Positions 40,321 through 53,293 of a stretch of DNA of 64,000 bases are shown piece by piece (position 1 is the first letter of the stretch; each line of letters opens with the position of its first letter). A program made the position numbers and the translations under genes. This stretch comes from Schizosaccharomyces osmophilus (lineage: Eukaryota). The stretch is from NCBI RefSeq assembly GCF_027921745.1, contig NC_079238.1, positions 930,001 through 994,000 on the forward strand, in the 5' to 3' direction. Under the pieces are notes generated by a model. The model saw only the letters and a program-made list of their open reading frames with translations. It was not told the origin of the DNA and made no database searches.

Positions 40321-41431
40321 TTAGGCGGACTTTGGCTTTGGTTGTTGCCAAATGCCAAAGGAATAATTCAATCGGATGACTAGTAGATCGATGGCCATAC
40401 GAATACTATCTTTTAATAAAGTCATTTTGCTACCACCGACTTCATGCCAAGTAATGGGAATTTCGTAAATTGGCAATCGAAGAAAACGAGCAAGAGTTAA
40501 AACTTCAATGTCAAAAATCCAACCTTCAACATGCATTCGAGAATATATGTTTCGATACGCAAAGCGTGAAAACAATTTGAAGCCACATTGTGTATCGCCG
40601 ATTTCACGAACTCCCAGAACTTGCAACAGCTTGTGAAAAGAATGCATCAAAAAATTACGTATAAATGAACGCTTAACAACTGCTTCTGTGTTTACCATGT
40701 GAGCACGAGAGCCAATGACAACACCCCCAGTAGCATTTTTGGGCATGTGTTCAAATAGGAGTTCAATATCAGAAAACTTGGATGCACCATCAGCGTCTGC
40801 AAATATAGCATACTGTCCACGAGCATGAAGCATACCCCAAGTAACTGCACCTCCTTTTCCTCGATTTTTCTTCAAGGAACAAACACGGACATGATCTCCC
40901 AAATTAAGGGAACCAGAGAACTGTAACACTGAATCCACGGTTGAGTCCGTACTTTCATCATCAACTACAAGAACCTCCCATAGACGCTTTCCTCGATTCC
41001 CAAAAGTTCGATAGCGTTTCTCCAAATGATCTACCGTTTCTTTCAGCATATCAACTATTCTATCCGATTCATTGTATGCAGGGACAACCACAGTAAGTCG
41101 TATTTGCTCATCATCACAGTTCTTCTTCAATGTTTTGTATTCTTTACGACCATCCTCTATATATACACAGCGATTCTCACCCTCGATTTGCTTTCTTGGG
41201 GAATGTGATCGAGTTAAATAGGTGTAAATCTAACACATATGTTAACAAATTATAACTGAAATCAACAAAGAGAAAGCTGAGATGGAAGTCCACTGGATAT
41301 TTTTAAGGACTTCGTAAGCAATCATTTTCACGCATTATACGCAAAAGCTTTCAATATACTGTATTAAATCTTACAAAAATTCCAAAAATGAGCCCCAAAA
41401 GACAAGAACTGAGCGCAATTGAAATAAACAT
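40321..41431 (-). CDS. alg5: Dolichyl-phosphate beta-glucosyltransferase; short hydrophobic exon 1 spliced to the main exon
   Basis: [40 protein letters not shown]; exon 1 [19 protein letters not shown] followed by a GTAAGA intron. Confidence 0.93.
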
Positions 41432-42180
41432 GTTGGTGGGACCTTCTTTAAAGAAGGGCTTTGATATTTTAAAAGAAAGCATTAATGACACCCATGTACA
41501 AACTAATAAATATTATAAACGTATAAGGAATGCTTGAAAATGACACCACTGTTGGTACAGCATGCACTTTCTAGGAAGGGTGTTTGGTTCTGGAGAAGTA
41601 AGTCGTTATGTCATGATTTTGGGCATTTCATTCTTCATCAACGATCCATTTAGATACATTAAAATGGAAACATATAATCAAAATTAGCTTTCTAATGATT
41701 CAATTAAAAGCATTACACGAGATGCTTATAAGTATAATATTGTATAGTACTAACGAGGTTTATTATGAGGCAATCAATATAAACTGAGTCCATTACATTC
41801 TCACTTTTACCATAAACTACTAAAGAGTAGAATTGCGCATTCTGTGATTTAGGATACTTTAAGTGAAGTATTGGCAAGATAGTTTCTTATTGCCAATTGA
41901 TCTAAAAAACCTAAAATTATATTGCCTCCTAGTAGACGCACATTTTGGTTTTTTTTCGTAAGAACATCAGATACGTTTTTACGATTTTTTGTTTTTTCCC
42001 ATTTCTTTTTTATCGACTTTAGTTTTTTTTCTTTTTATCCTCTACTCTAAAAGGGAAAGGTATTAAAAAGGATAAAAAAATTCTAGATAAAAATTTGATT
42101 GGGAACTCTGATAGTAGAGCAAAAAACCTCTGTTTAAACATATTTAAGGCTTTCGATTCTTGCTGTGTCTATAGAAGTTC

Positions 42181-43638
42181 ATGATGGACTCTCGATCGTT
42201 AGTTGACTCCATTTATTTTGTGGATTCCACTCACCCATCTCAACAAGAAAACAAATTTATTGGTTTCATTCCAGATCAAAGGATTGCAATAGTTCCAGAG
42301 TTTACCTTAGAGTGTGGAGAAGTTTTATACGATGTACCTGTGGCTTTCAAAACATGGGGAGCATTGAATAAAGACAGGAACAATTGCCTTCTTCTCTGTC
42401 ATGCTCTCAGTGGCTCTGCTGACGCAGCAGATTGGTGGGGTCCTATGCTTGGCCCAGGCCGTGCTTTTGACCCTACCCACTTCTTCATCGTCTGTCTCAA
42501 TTCTCTAGGAAGTCCTTACGGAAGTGCTTCTCCAGTCACCTGGAATTCTGAAACCAAGTCAATTTATGGCCCCGAATTTCCTTTGACAACCGTCCGCGAT
42601 GACGTTGCTCTCCATAAGCTGGTATTGCAGCGTCTTGGCATTGAGCAAGTTGCCATGGCGGTTGGTGGGTCTATGGGGGGTATGCTAGTTTTGGAATGGG
42701 CCTTTGATACCAACTATGTTCGCTCTATTGTTCCTATTTCAACGTCATTGAGACATTCAGCTTGGTGTATTAGCTGGTCAGAAGCTCAACGCCAAAGTAT
42801 TTATTCTGATCCGAAATTTAATGACGGATTTTATGATTTGGATGACCAGCCATTGAGTGGCCTAGGTGCTGCGCGTATGTCTGCGTTGCTAACCTATCGT
42901 TCAAAGTGTTCGTTTGAACGTCGTTTCGCTCGTAAGTTACCAGACTGTAATCGTCATCCTTATCCTGATCGTGTCCCTACTCCGATGACTCCTGGAGATG
43001 CTAACTGGGTTGTTCACAACGAGGGTAATTGTAATCGTCGTGAGCGTCCATCTAAATCTGGGGGATCTTCCCCTGAATCATTGAATAACGGAGTTTATAA
43101 GGTGCCTTCTACTCCATCGTTGTCTCAGAGTACAGAAAGTGTTTCAGGTACGCAAAGTCCTTCATTGCGTCGTCCCGCGAACACCTACTTTTCTGCTCAA
43201 TCTTACCTGCGGTATCAAGCAAAGAAGTTTGTGGGTAGATTCGATGCCAATTGCTATATTGCGATTACAAAGAAGCTTGATACTCATGACGTTAGTCGGG
43301 ACCGTGGATCAGAAGATCCCATGGAAGTTATGAAACACCTTACGTTACCCGTTTTGGTGTTGGGAATTGAAAGCGATGGACTGTTCACTTATGATGAACA
43401 AGTAGAGATTGCTTCCTGTTTTCCGAATGGCAGTTTAGAAACAATCATTTCAGCCGAGGGCCACGATGGTTTTTTACTTGAGTTTACACAAGTCAACTCT
43501 TATATTCAAAAGTTTCAAGCAGAACATCTCGCTGACATTATGTCACAGAAAAACGCTTCAGCTGAGTTGGAAATGGAGTCTCTTAATGCCCAACGCGAAA
43601 GTGTTTTTGGTGAAATGGAAGATATTACTTCCTGGTAA
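42181..43638 (+). CDS. met6: Homoserine O-acetyltransferase (S. cerevisiae MET2 ortholog)
   Basis: CHALSGS, GGSMGG nucleophile, RFDANCY, GHDGFLLE. Confidence 0.93.
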   Translation: MMDSRSLVDSIYFVDSTHPSQQENKFIGFIPDQRIAIVPEFTLECGEVLYDVPVAFKTWGALNKDRNNCLLLCHALSGSADAADWWGPMLGPGRAFDPTHFFIVCLNSLGSPYGSASPVTWNSETKSIYGPEFPLTTVRDDVALHKLVLQRLGIEQVAMAVGGSMGGMLVLEWAFDTNYVRSIVPISTSLRHSAWCISWSEAQRQSIYSDPKFNDGFYDLDDQPLSGLGAARMSALLTYRSKCSFERRFARKLPDCNRHPYPDRVPTPMTPGDANWVVHNEGNCNRRERPSKSGGSSPESLNNGVYKVPSTPSLSQSTESVSGTQSPSLRRPANTYFSAQSYLRYQAKKFVGRFDANCYIAITKKLDTHDVSRDRGSEDPMEVMKHLTLPVLVLGIESDGLFTYDEQVEIASCFPNGSLETIISAEGHDGFLLEFTQVNSYIQKFQAEHLADIMSQKNASAELEMESLNAQRESVFGEMEDITSW

Positions 43639-44836
43639 AAAATCAATATGGCCTACTAAAAACTTATGGCTGGAAAGTCGCAGTCGAAATTTATGACTTA
43701 TCTATTAGATGAGTTTCATCTGAGACAGTTTCGTCTATATACCATTGATATATATCATAAAAAAAGAAAAAGCAGAAAAAATAATTTAGAAAAAGATCAT
43801 GTTCTTAGTTTAGTCAACTGGGGGATTCAACTCCTCTTGAACATATGAACAATGATACAAAAAGTTTGTGTGATGATTTGCATGTTTATTTTATGACTAT
43901 TTTAATTATGATGTCGGTTTCACTATGAGGTATATTGTTATTCTCCGTTTTATTCGTTTTCTGCTGTTGTCTTGTTAATAATAGGAGGTATACCTCGATA
44001 TCTAAGCAAGGTTTCTAGCAATTATTGCACAAAGGTAATTCTCGAAAGAAGGATAATTGATTTTTTTTGTGATGACCTCGTTTCTGTTTTGAAGCTGGCT
44101 ACTCACCCCTCCAACATGGGGATTCATATACCAAAAATGTATAGCATTGATTGATTCGGATGAGTGTTTTCTTTCATTTTTTGTTTAGGTTGTTTAAAAA
44201 TAAAAAACTTGTCTGTTTCTTATATGGAACAGAAATGTTTCTATATTTTACCTTTTGTCTGAGAGTTTGGTTGAATGGTGTATTGCATCTTGACGATATT
44301 ATATGAAGATGTAGATGGTAGCCATGAACATTGTAAAGCGCTTCTTTAAAAATAATCATGTTATTAGACACATGCCTATAACAACGCTAGCGTTGTGTGC
44401 TGTGAGTATTCTTGTACAAGCAATCATGAAAGATAAAAGCCCATAATTGGTAATTTCAGTTGTGAATCATGAGAATCGAGTTTTGCAAGGAAAGAAAAGC
44501 AAGCAAACGAAACAACAGCGAGCTTCTTTAGCAATTCATTTCCCTAAACCGTCTCACACTTTGTAACATATAAAGAACGCTCATGCGCCCATTCATGAAC
44601 AGACGATCCGATACTACCGATCATCACAAGACCCTTTATATTACTTTACCTGTTTACGGTTAGCGCTTTGACGTTTTGTTTACATGAAGATAGCGCGAAA
44701 TATCGCGAGCTTGGTATCTGGGAAATCTGAGCTTCAGTTCTTATCATAAGAAATCGAAGCAGTCACGGTTCAACTACAACGTACAACAATAAATATAGAA
44801 TAAGCCCTACCAAATTGGAAAATCTTTTGGATCAAA

Positions 44837-46051
44837 ATGTCTTTCCGTAACTCATCTAGAATGGCCATGAAGGCCCTCCGTACTATCGGAAGCCGTCGTC
44901 TGGCTACTCGCAACATCTCTGTTATGTCCCGTAACATTGCTGCCTCTACCACCCGTTTTGCACCTCGCATGACTGCCCCTATGGTTCAAACCCGTGGTAT
45001 GCGTGTTATGGATTTTGCTGGCACTAAGGAAAACGTCTGGGAGCGTAATGACTGGCCTCGTGAAAAATTGGTCGACTACTTCAAGAACGACACCCTTGCA
45101 ATCATCGGTTACGGTTCTCAAGGACACGGTCAAGGTTTGAACGCCCGTGACCAAGGCTTAAATGTTGTGGTTGGTGTTCGTAAGGATGGTGCTTCTTGGA
45201 AGCAAGCCATCGAGGACGGTTGGGTTCCTGGTAAGACTTTGTTCCCCGTCGAAGAAGCTATTTCCAAGGGTACTATCATCATGAACCTTTTGTCTGATGC
45301 CGCCCAAACGGAAACCTGGCCCAAGATTGCCCCTCACATCACCAAGGGCAAGACTTTGTACTTCTCTCACGGTTTCTCCGTCATCTTCAAGGACCAAACA
45401 AACATCCACCCTCCCAAGGATGTTGATGTTATCCTTGTCGCCCCCAAGGGATCTGGCCGTACCGTCCGTACCCTCTTCAAGGAAGGTCGTGGTATCAACT
45501 CTTCCTTCGCCGTTTACCAGGATGTCACTGGTAAGGCTCAAGAAAAGGCCATTGGTTTGGCCGTTGCCGTTGGTTCTGGCTTCATCTACCAAACTACCTT
45601 CAAGAAGGAAGTCGTTTCCGATTTGGTCGGTGAACGCGGTTGCCTTATGGGTGGTATCAACGGTCTCTTCTTGGCTCAATACCAAGTTTTGCGTGAACGT
45701 GGTCACTCTCCTGCCGAAGCCTTCAACGAGACCGTTGAAGAGGCTACCCAATCTCTTTACCCCTTGATTGGTAAGTACGGTCTTGACTACATGTTCGCTG
45801 CCTGCTCCACCACTGCTCGTCGTGGTGCCATCGACTGGACCAGCCGCTTCCGTGACGCCAACAAGCAGGTTCTTAACGATTTGTATGACAATGTCGAGAA
45901 CGGTAACGAAGCTAAGCGTTCTTTGGCTTACAACTCTGCTCCCAACTACCGTGAACTTTACGACAAGGAGCTTGAAGAAATCCGCAACTTGGAAATCTGG
46001 AGAGCTGGTGAGACCGTTCGTTCTCTCCGTCCTGAAGTCAACAAGCATTAA
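44837..46051 (+). CDS. ilv5: Acetohydroxyacid reductoisomerase
   Basis: IIGYGSQGHGQGLNARD, SDLVGERGCLMG, ACSTTARRGAID. Confidence 0.97.
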   Translation: MSFRNSSRMAMKALRTIGSRRLATRNISVMSRNIAASTTRFAPRMTAPMVQTRGMRVMDFAGTKENVWERNDWPREKLVDYFKNDTLAIIGYGSQGHGQGLNARDQGLNVVVGVRKDGASWKQAIEDGWVPGKTLFPVEEAISKGTIIMNLLSDAAQTETWPKIAPHITKGKTLYFSHGFSVIFKDQTNIHPPKDVDVILVAPKGSGRTVRTLFKEGRGINSSFAVYQDVTGKAQEKAIGLAVAVGSGFIYQTTFKKEVVSDLVGERGCLMGGINGLFLAQYQVLRERGHSPAEAFNETVEEATQSLYPLIGKYGLDYMFAACSTTARRGAIDWTSRFRDANKQVLNDLYDNVENGNEAKRSLAYNSAPNYRELYDKELEEIRNLEIWRAGETVRSLRPEVNKH

Positions 46052-46388
46052 ACCCCATTATAATGTTGATTTGTAGCAATGTTAGAAGCATCCGTATAAT
46101 AATCTTTTATTACTTACTTTATTATAGCATCTGTGCCCCCAATCACAAGTTTTTGGTTTAACTTTATTTTGAAAGATAGCTTTTGTACTGTTTAATAGTG
46201 TTTTATTTTTTATTTCGTTCCTTCTAATCTGTAATTTGTGAAAATCTCGTATTTCAAGTGTATTCCACTTTGTGTAAATCGAGAGTGTTTTTGATTGTAC
46301 AAAAGACTCATTATCAACTAGTTTTTACTTTTTTAGCTCGTATATAAATGTTGCTAGTAACTGTGAACCAAACTTTATAATAATTGGG

Positions 46389-47510
46389 ATGTCAATGTCC
46401 ATTTGCCAGTTGGGTACTTTCACAAAGACCTTAAAACACTCGTCTTTTCTTTTGCAGCCTCATGTTTTCTTTTTGAGAAGTAAGTCTACTTTCCAAAGAC
46501 CTATTGTACATGATTATATATATGGTGATCATCCGGTAAAGAATGCTCTTCAGGCCGGAAAACGAAGCTTTGATTGTTTATTTGCTCAATCCTCGAAGCA
46601 GCTAAGTGAATACCAAATGCTATTGAATGCATTAAAGCTGAATGTTCCTTGTCGCCTTTCCAACAAACATGAACTGAATGAATTGACGGATTCACGTCCT
46701 CACAACGTGTGTACTTATTCTGCTTTTTGAGTTTAAATCCTCTGTATTGGTAATCCTCAACTAACTGTTTTTACAGGGCATCGTTTTAAAGGCTTCAACG
46801 TTGGAACCTCCAATCATATCTGAGATCGACAATGTAGCACAGGCACATCTTTTGAGTTCATCCGCTGAAAAGGAAGTTCCTTCACTTGATGCAACCTTAC
46901 AGCCATCTCCTCCTTTGTATATTTATTGTGACGGTATATCAGACCCACAAAATTTGGGTGCCATAATTCGAAGTTCTGTAAGCTATTTCTTCTCGTTACG
47001 TTAAAGCTAACAAGTATCAGTATTTTCTAGGTGTCCAGGGAATTCTTTTGTCGAAAAAGCACAACTCAGTTTTATCACCGGTCGTCAGTAAAGCATCTGC
47101 TGGTGCGCTAGAGTTGATGAATATCTACCGGATTCAAAATCCTATTCAGTTTTTAAAAGACTGTAGTCTAAAAAATTGGAAAGTGTTTGCTACTGCCCCA
47201 ATGGGAAGCATGTCAAATGCAAATCAAACTTCCCTGCTTACTATGCCTGAGAGCCTGGCAGCGAAGCCAAAGATCGTTGTTTTTGGAGGAGAACGTATGT
47301 CTTTCATTGATTTCTATGAATAAATGCTAATGAAACTTTTTAGATGGATTAAGGACAAATATGATTAGACAATGCGAATACGTTATAACACTGCCATATG
47401 GAGATCAATATGTAGACTCGTTGAACGTTTCTGTCGCTGCAGGGATCATTTTACATTCTCTGAAAGATTACTCCTTAAAAATTACAGAAAACAATGAATC
47501 GAAACTTTAA
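46389..47510 (+). CDS. mrm1: Mitochondrial rRNA ribose methyltransferase (SpoU family), 4 exons
   Basis: IYGDHPV..AL, DSRPHN, DGISDPQNLGAIIRS, KASAGALE, final exon VDSLNVSVAAGIIL; three short introns. Confidence 0.88.
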
Positions 47511-47652
47511 CGGGCATTTGATTGGAACCTGACAGAAAAATAGACGAAAATGTTAAGATTAAGATTATTTAAATAAGATGTATAATATGTAAAGACCGAA
47601 TGTTTAATCCATTTTATGTAGTTCATAGTTTTAAGTCGTTGTAATATGGAAG

Positions 47653-48968
47653 TTATTTAAATATACAATAGGGATCTGATTTATATGTTTCAGATGTGAC
47701 TTGTATGTTTGAGAACGTGCTTAAGCTTGCCAAGATGGACGCACCTGTCCATGCTGCGTATCTTCGCTCTTGTGGAGTGTATATTTTGACGCAATTACGA
47801 ACATCTCCAGACCCTTGGAGTTCTTTCAAAAGTCTGTCTCCGAAGCCATTCAGCAATGTACATCCACCAGAGAGCACAATGTTATTGAGAAGGTCTTTAC
47901 GTAAATCAAGATCACTTCGCATAACGGCTTGTACAATTTGATGCTGAATACCGCCGTTTTCATAGCCAATGAGTTCGGGACGAAACAGCAATTCAGGAGC
48001 ACGAAAACATTCGGAACCTAGTTTTAGAGTTTGACCATCAGGAAGTGTAAACTGCCGTAGCTTTGTATTAAAGGAAGAGTTTGTTTTTTCCTCTGTTTGA
48101 AAGTTTGGCGAAATATAACAGCAAGCTTCCTTGATTTCACGAACGATTTCTGTTTCGGCAGATGTTACAAAGCGATAGCCTAGTTGTCGAAGCTGAAGCT
48201 GTAAGTAGTCGGTGATATCTTTACCGCCATAGTCATCGCGCTGGGCACTCGAGAGAACAAAGCCATCGAAGACCGGGACGGTATGTGTTAAGCCTTCTCC
48301 TACTTCTACCACTAGACCCGTCGTACGTGCGGTTGCGTATAAAGCGAGAACAGGCTGCAGGGAAAAGTTGAGTGCTGGGACGTTAAAAGTTTCAAAAAAA
48401 ATCTCAGCCATTCTCTCTTTATTTTTTGCATTATTGAACGGGGGTTCTGCTAATAGCACTGGATGATCTTCGGGTAGAGTTTGAAGTTCATTTGAATAAA
48501 CCCAAGACCAAATTTTTTCCATATCACACCAGTTTTTTACGAGACCACGCTGAACAGGGTATTCAAGTTTTAACAATCCTCGAAGCTCCTGCACTTTGGA
48601 ACCAATATACGTATCTTGCTGGAGGTGACTAGGCATTACACGCGTATGCTTTGTCCTTCCGATGCTGCAATTGCATGTTAGAAGGCAACATGACCTAAAA
48701 AAAAAAATAAATAAAAATAAAAATAAAAAAAAAAGACGTACACGTTAGAAAAAAGGCATTGGGGAACGTCGTCTCCCGAAAATCCTGCTTTGAGGAATCC
48801 TGATCCCTATAATGAATTGTTAATACGACGTTCGTTAGATATTGCTTGTTGGAAATCCAATGTTCCATACATTGTCAATGCAAACTGTCTGATTGGTAAG
48901 TCTATGTCGTTGTTAGCATGCAATTGTGAAAAAGCTTTAAGTCGTTTGGTAACGTACGCTTCTTCCAT
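47653..48968 (-). CDS. arp1: Dynactin centractin Arp1; three 5' introns
   Basis: Spliced MEEA-LTNQTVCIDN-GSGFLKAGFSGDDVP..-IGRTKHTRVMP; ELRGLLKLEYP, EDHPVLLAEPP actin-related motifs. Confidence 0.88.
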
Positions 48969-50107
48969 CTTGTCTTCTTTTTTTACGTATGGAAATGGGT
49001 AAGAAAAGACGCGTCAAACGGTATATTCGATAGAAATGTGACAAACGTTTCACTTGACAAGGCGAAGAGAAACAAAAGTCTTACCAAAGGGAATTGGCGC
49101 GTTTGATTTCCAAGTTAGAAACCAGAACGTTATTTTTGTGCGAAAAGGAAAAGAAAAACGCGTGTTTCGTTGGAAGAACGTCGAGTCGTTGTGAAGCAAT
49201 TGGGTAGAGGGAGTAGGTAAGAAAAGCAAAAAGGAAGAGTAAGGAATCAGTGCACATCGACTAAAAAGAAAGGTTTCATGAGAGAATTCCAGCACTTCTT
49301 GTACAATAAGGAATTTACGAAAAGAAACGGGTACGGTGGAACTATACAATTCGAATTTTAATATTTTACACTCTGAATGAACTTGAATGAAATTAGGAAG
49401 GAAATAGATAAATTAAAAAGTATCAAATTACAAAACAAAGATGAATTTCATGATGGACAATAAAAGTTCTTCAAACCATCTACTGCAACTTTGCAATGGA
49501 ATGGTCATGCTTTCAGAAGCGAAACAAGAAAAGCCAGGTTAGAGAGTGTAACCGTAAAAAAAAAACATTTTATGAGCCAGAATGGGCACTCGTAGATGGA
49601 AGTAGGTCCGCGACCATACGATATCAAATCATAGGATTATTACTTTTCATAAACAAAATGTCAAAAGAATACTGTAACCAAAAGTGAAAAAATAAAAAAA
49701 AAAAAAATGAAAAAGAAAGAGGTTATACGACCGACTATGTGATCAACACAAATATTTGATATGCGAAATGTTAGCCTCCAATCCAGGCAAATAAGAAAGA
49801 ACAACACGCAAAAGTAGAAAAGATGCTTTTTTTGTATGTTTCTAATTTCATAGCACCACGAATAATACTAAAGAAAATTCCTCCTTGTGTACAAACGCAT
49901 GTACATGGTTTTTTGTTTTATAAGGTCCTCATTCTCGTTTGCTCATTTTCTTCAACAGTACATAAAAGCGATATTCACAGAGACTGTCTGTGTCTCCGAG
50001 GGATTGTACAACGTTCTAGTTGAGCCTTGGTTTCTGAGTTCCCTTTGCTAACAGAAAAGGGAGGGGTGGGAAATCAACAGACATCTCAATTTTGAAGAGA
50101 AATCATT

Positions 50108-50404
50108 TTATGCTTGCCATTCTGCAGAGTCATTTTTGATTTGCTCGGAACCCCAATTGGGGCTGTTGAGATCATCACGAGCGTCTTGAACGTACATGGC
50201 ATATTCAGTGGGTTGTTCCAAATTGGAAATGGCCGATTCGGACTCGTATCGTTTCTCAGTTGCTACGGAAGGATCCATACGTTGAGCAGTTTGAGTTGAG
50301 AAAAGACATTGGCGTTGGAATCCTATGGCAGGTTTCACAGAGTAACGGCGCATAGAAGCACCAACGTTTCGAGTAAGAATTCTTGCAACGTTGTTATAGT
50401 TCAT
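50108..50404 (-). CDS. sro1: Small protein with mitochondrial-presequence-like N-terminus (stress-responsive orphan)
   Basis: 98-aa ORF, TATATAA on the minus strand upstream; name from recalled position between arp1 and cdc23. Confidence 0.65.
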   Translation of the reverse strand: MNYNNVARILTRNVGASMRRYSVKPAIGFQRQCLFSTQTAQRMDPSVATEKRYESESAISNLEQPTEYAMYVQDARDDLNSPNWGSEQIKNDSAEWQA

Positions 50405-51391
50405 TAGATAACAAATGGTCCTTAATAGAATTCAAGAGTCGATAGAAAATAAAAATAAAAATAAAAATAAAAAGTATTAAAAAATTCCAATCAACGAACC
50501 TGGCTGGTTTGAAGGTTTTGCAAACTTTTTCCCTCTTATATATAGCAAAATATAAAATAAAATTTAAAACCGAGACTTAAGAATAATAACAAAATAGGGT
50601 GAAAAATCACTCGATATCCTGGACGATGAGATTCGGTTTTCGAGAAATCAGTGATAATCTTTATGATTGTTTGTTAATCAACACAGAAAACAGATAATCC
50701 AAGGAAGGTGTGTTCAACTCAAAATCCTTAAAATCCTTTGAAGTTCTTTCTTTCTTTCCTTAGAACAAGAAAAGGAACTTGCGCAAGTCCTGAAAAGTGC
50801 TTAAAAGATAATTTAATGTTCAATTCGTATACCTTTTCAACATAGCTGCCGAGAGCCATATATATATGTGAATATTCCATCAATATCGCATGTTCAAATC
50901 AACACAACAGTGACGCCAATGCTGACAAGTCTGATGACCGATAAAAATTAGCCGCCTTCTCTTCTCTATTTTTTTTCCAAAAAAATGCGCCGACTAACGT
51001 AAAGCACTTTGCTCATTAAGCGAAGCGTCGGAAGGCGAAAATTTTACGTAAACGTAACACTGATATTTAAGTGAAAGAAAGCGATTTGGAAAAAATACTT
51101 CTTTACCACTCATGAGAGAAATTCGGACTTTGAACTTTTGTTTTAGAAACTTTTTTCAAATTAAACTCCGGTGATTTGGTCTAGCGAAAGAAATTTAGAC
51201 CCAGCCATATGAAGTAAACAAACAATGTAATAATGTCAATGTATGTCAATATATGCCAATGAAATAAAAAAGAAAAAGAAAATAAACATCAAAACAACGA
51301 ACCCTATTATGAAAACAATGCTGTCTTCGTGACACTGGGAATCGATCGGAATGGGAAATGGCTGGAACAAGCTGCAACTGATTCACACCCG

Positions 51392-53293
51392 TTAAGTGAC
51401 AATCTCCAAATCATCGTCTTCATCACTTTCGGTAAATTCGTACCGAAATTGGGTGTTTTTCAAATCCAAGGTGCGTGTAGAAGAGCCTTGGGTCTTGGAA
51501 TCGACGTTGTTTGGCAAGGTAGGATCAAACCCAATTCTTCGTAAACTTCGAGGGGAAAAAATTCTTTGTGCCATTGCATGCGATGAACTAGTTGGATTTG
51601 GAATTGGATTTCCTTGCTCCGATTGTTTCGGATCTCTTTTCTCTCTCGGCAAATTCCATGTCTTCAATCCCTCTCGTTCCGATTTCGACGTTTCAAACGA
51701 CGGAAGCTGCATCTTGGGATTCGACTTGACCGAAAGGTCTCTCCAGTCTTTCTGCTTGCTCTTTCCCGTATCGTCTTGGCCTCCCTTCACGAGGAGGCGG
51801 TGCCGACCCGCAGGCGTGGACGATCCATGGATAGCAGATAATTGCGAGGGTTCGAAAGAATTCGTTGCTGAATTCCTTGCTTGTAGTTTCAAATACTGAT
51901 GTCCCAAAGTGAGAGCAGGCGTATAGGCCGTATCGTTACTCCTAGAGGAATGCGAGGTAGACGAGGAGGATGCATCCGGCAAGGAGGATCGTTTCATAGT
52001 CAATCGTTGTAAAACCTCTCGTTCCAGCTCTGCTTTTGCTTGTTGTTTTTTGTATCGCTCTTTTCGATCCCTTTCCTGTTGAACTGCGTCTTCCGCATCG
52101 TAAAGACCTATTGCCAAGTTGGGTACCGCAGAATATTTTTCTCCCGCATAATATCCTTGGAATCCTTGACCACGAAGACGCTTTTCACGTCGTGCTCGTG
52201 GCTCATGCATGACCGTCGTGGTCGAACCAAATTCTGTTCGTCGCGACATCGTCCTTTGCACCGTCATGTCCACATGAAATTCACACACTTCTGACGATCG
52301 ATTGTCTAACCAATGCTTGCAAAGCTCTCCATTTTTCTTGCGGCTTTGACAATAGCCCAAATGCTTTGATTTCCCAATTTCCAATAGCACGTCGTAATCC
52401 GAATCCAGTTTTAACGAAAACTTTCCAGTGTCTGGGTTTTTCGGCTTAAGTATATCTGGACACAGCAAGGCAACAACCGTCCCCGGCTGTACTTTCCAGT
52501 ACCGCTCAAACGCTTTGCCAAACAGAAAGACCTCCATCTGCCACTTCAAATCCGTAAGCGTAAGCATGCAGTATTTACTTTTGTGAACAGTTTCTCGTGT
52601 GCCTGTATTGTAAGCCACAATCCCCATTACTACAAAGCTATCAACATCCGGTTGTTCAAATTTAGGAGGTACTATGAGTTTTAACAGTTGACGAATAAGA
52701 TATACATAACATCCTTGCAAGTTCTCCTTAACGTCTCCATCACTCATGTAGCGTACCATAATGACTTGGCGAGAATATGGCTCAATTTCGTTGCAAGGCA
52801 TCGGATACTTTGGTTCTTTGGAACTCTTTGTTTCCAAAATATTTGCCTTCCGCTGGAACGAAGTTTTTCTATTTTTTGCTGCTTGTTTCTTTCTCTCGTC
52901 CTTTTTCTTGTCACCATCTCGAGCTTCTGCTAGCCGCGCATGAAAAGGTTTGACAGCTGTTTCACCTTGCTTTCTTCCCAAGGAAATATCTTTCCCTGTC
53001 TTTCCTTTATCAATTCCCAACAAAAGTCGTTTCGGGCTCTTCATTTTGGACGGTGAGCTCACTGTAAGAACCCGAACAGGCTCAGGGGAACGAGGCACTT
53101 GAACCGCTACTTGTTTTCCTTCCTCATCAGTAGCTACTTTTCGCTTTTTTTGTCTTAGCTCTTCCATTCTTTTCTGGACCTCTAATAATTGAACTTGCAA
53201 TTGTTTTTCCTCCTCTGTCAACTCTTCCTTTCCTGAACTACCGTTCATATCGTCCAACCTAGAGTGCTCTGGTTTTTGATTTGATTCCGACAT
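51392..53293 (-). CDS. cdc23: DNA replication factor Mcm10
   Basis: OB-fold KYCMLTLTDL..VFLFG, CCCH zinc finger LGYCQSRKKNGELC..VCEFH, LLLGIDKGKTGKDISL. Confidence 0.93.
   Translation of the reverse strand: MSESNQKPEHSRLDDMNGSSGKEELTEEEKQLQVQLLEVQKRMEELRQKKRKVATDEEGKQVAVQVPRSPEPVRVLTVSSPSKMKSPKRLLLGIDKGKTGKDISLGRKQGETAVKPFHARLAEARDGDKKKDERKKQAAKNRKTSFQRKANILETKSSKEPKYPMPCNEIEPYSRQVIMVRYMSDGDVKENLQGCYVYLIRQLLKLIVPPKFEQPDVDSFVVMGIVAYNTGTRETVHKSKYCMLTLTDLKWQMEVFLFGKAFERYWKVQPGTVVALLCPDILKPKNPDTGKFSLKLDSDYDVLLEIGKSKHLGYCQSRKKNGELCKHWLDNRSSEVCEFHVDMTVQRTMSRRTEFGSTTTVMHEPRARREKRLRGQGFQGYYAGEKYSAVPNLAIGLYDAEDAVQQERDRKERYKKQQAKAELEREVLQRLTMKRSSLPDASSSSTSHSSRSNDTAYTPALTLGHQYLKLQARNSATNSFEPSQLSAIHGSSTPAGRHRLLVKGGQDDTGKSKQKDWRDLSVKSNPKMQLPSFETSKSEREGLKTWNLPREKRDPKQSEQGNPIPNPTSSSHAMAQRIFSPRSLRRIGFDPTLPNNVDSKTQGSSTRTLDLKNTQFRYEFTESDEDDDLEIVT

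Noticed and set aside
45158..46048. 296-aa antisense ORF over ilv5 (likewise the 228-aa ORF 38470-39156 over arg5)
   Set aside because: Shadow ORFs produced by strong codon bias of highly expressed genes
37996..46051. Clustering of amino-acid biosynthesis genes arg5, met6, ilv5, and of arp1 with arp10 in one window
   Set aside because: Different pathways, interspersed with unrelated genes, and consistent with ordinary conserved gene order
50777..50788. 12-bp palindrome ACTTGCGCAAGT upstream of sro1 (similar AAGCTCGAGCTT at 36926 upstream of puf1)
   Set aside because: Palindromes of this length are expected by chance in 64 kb
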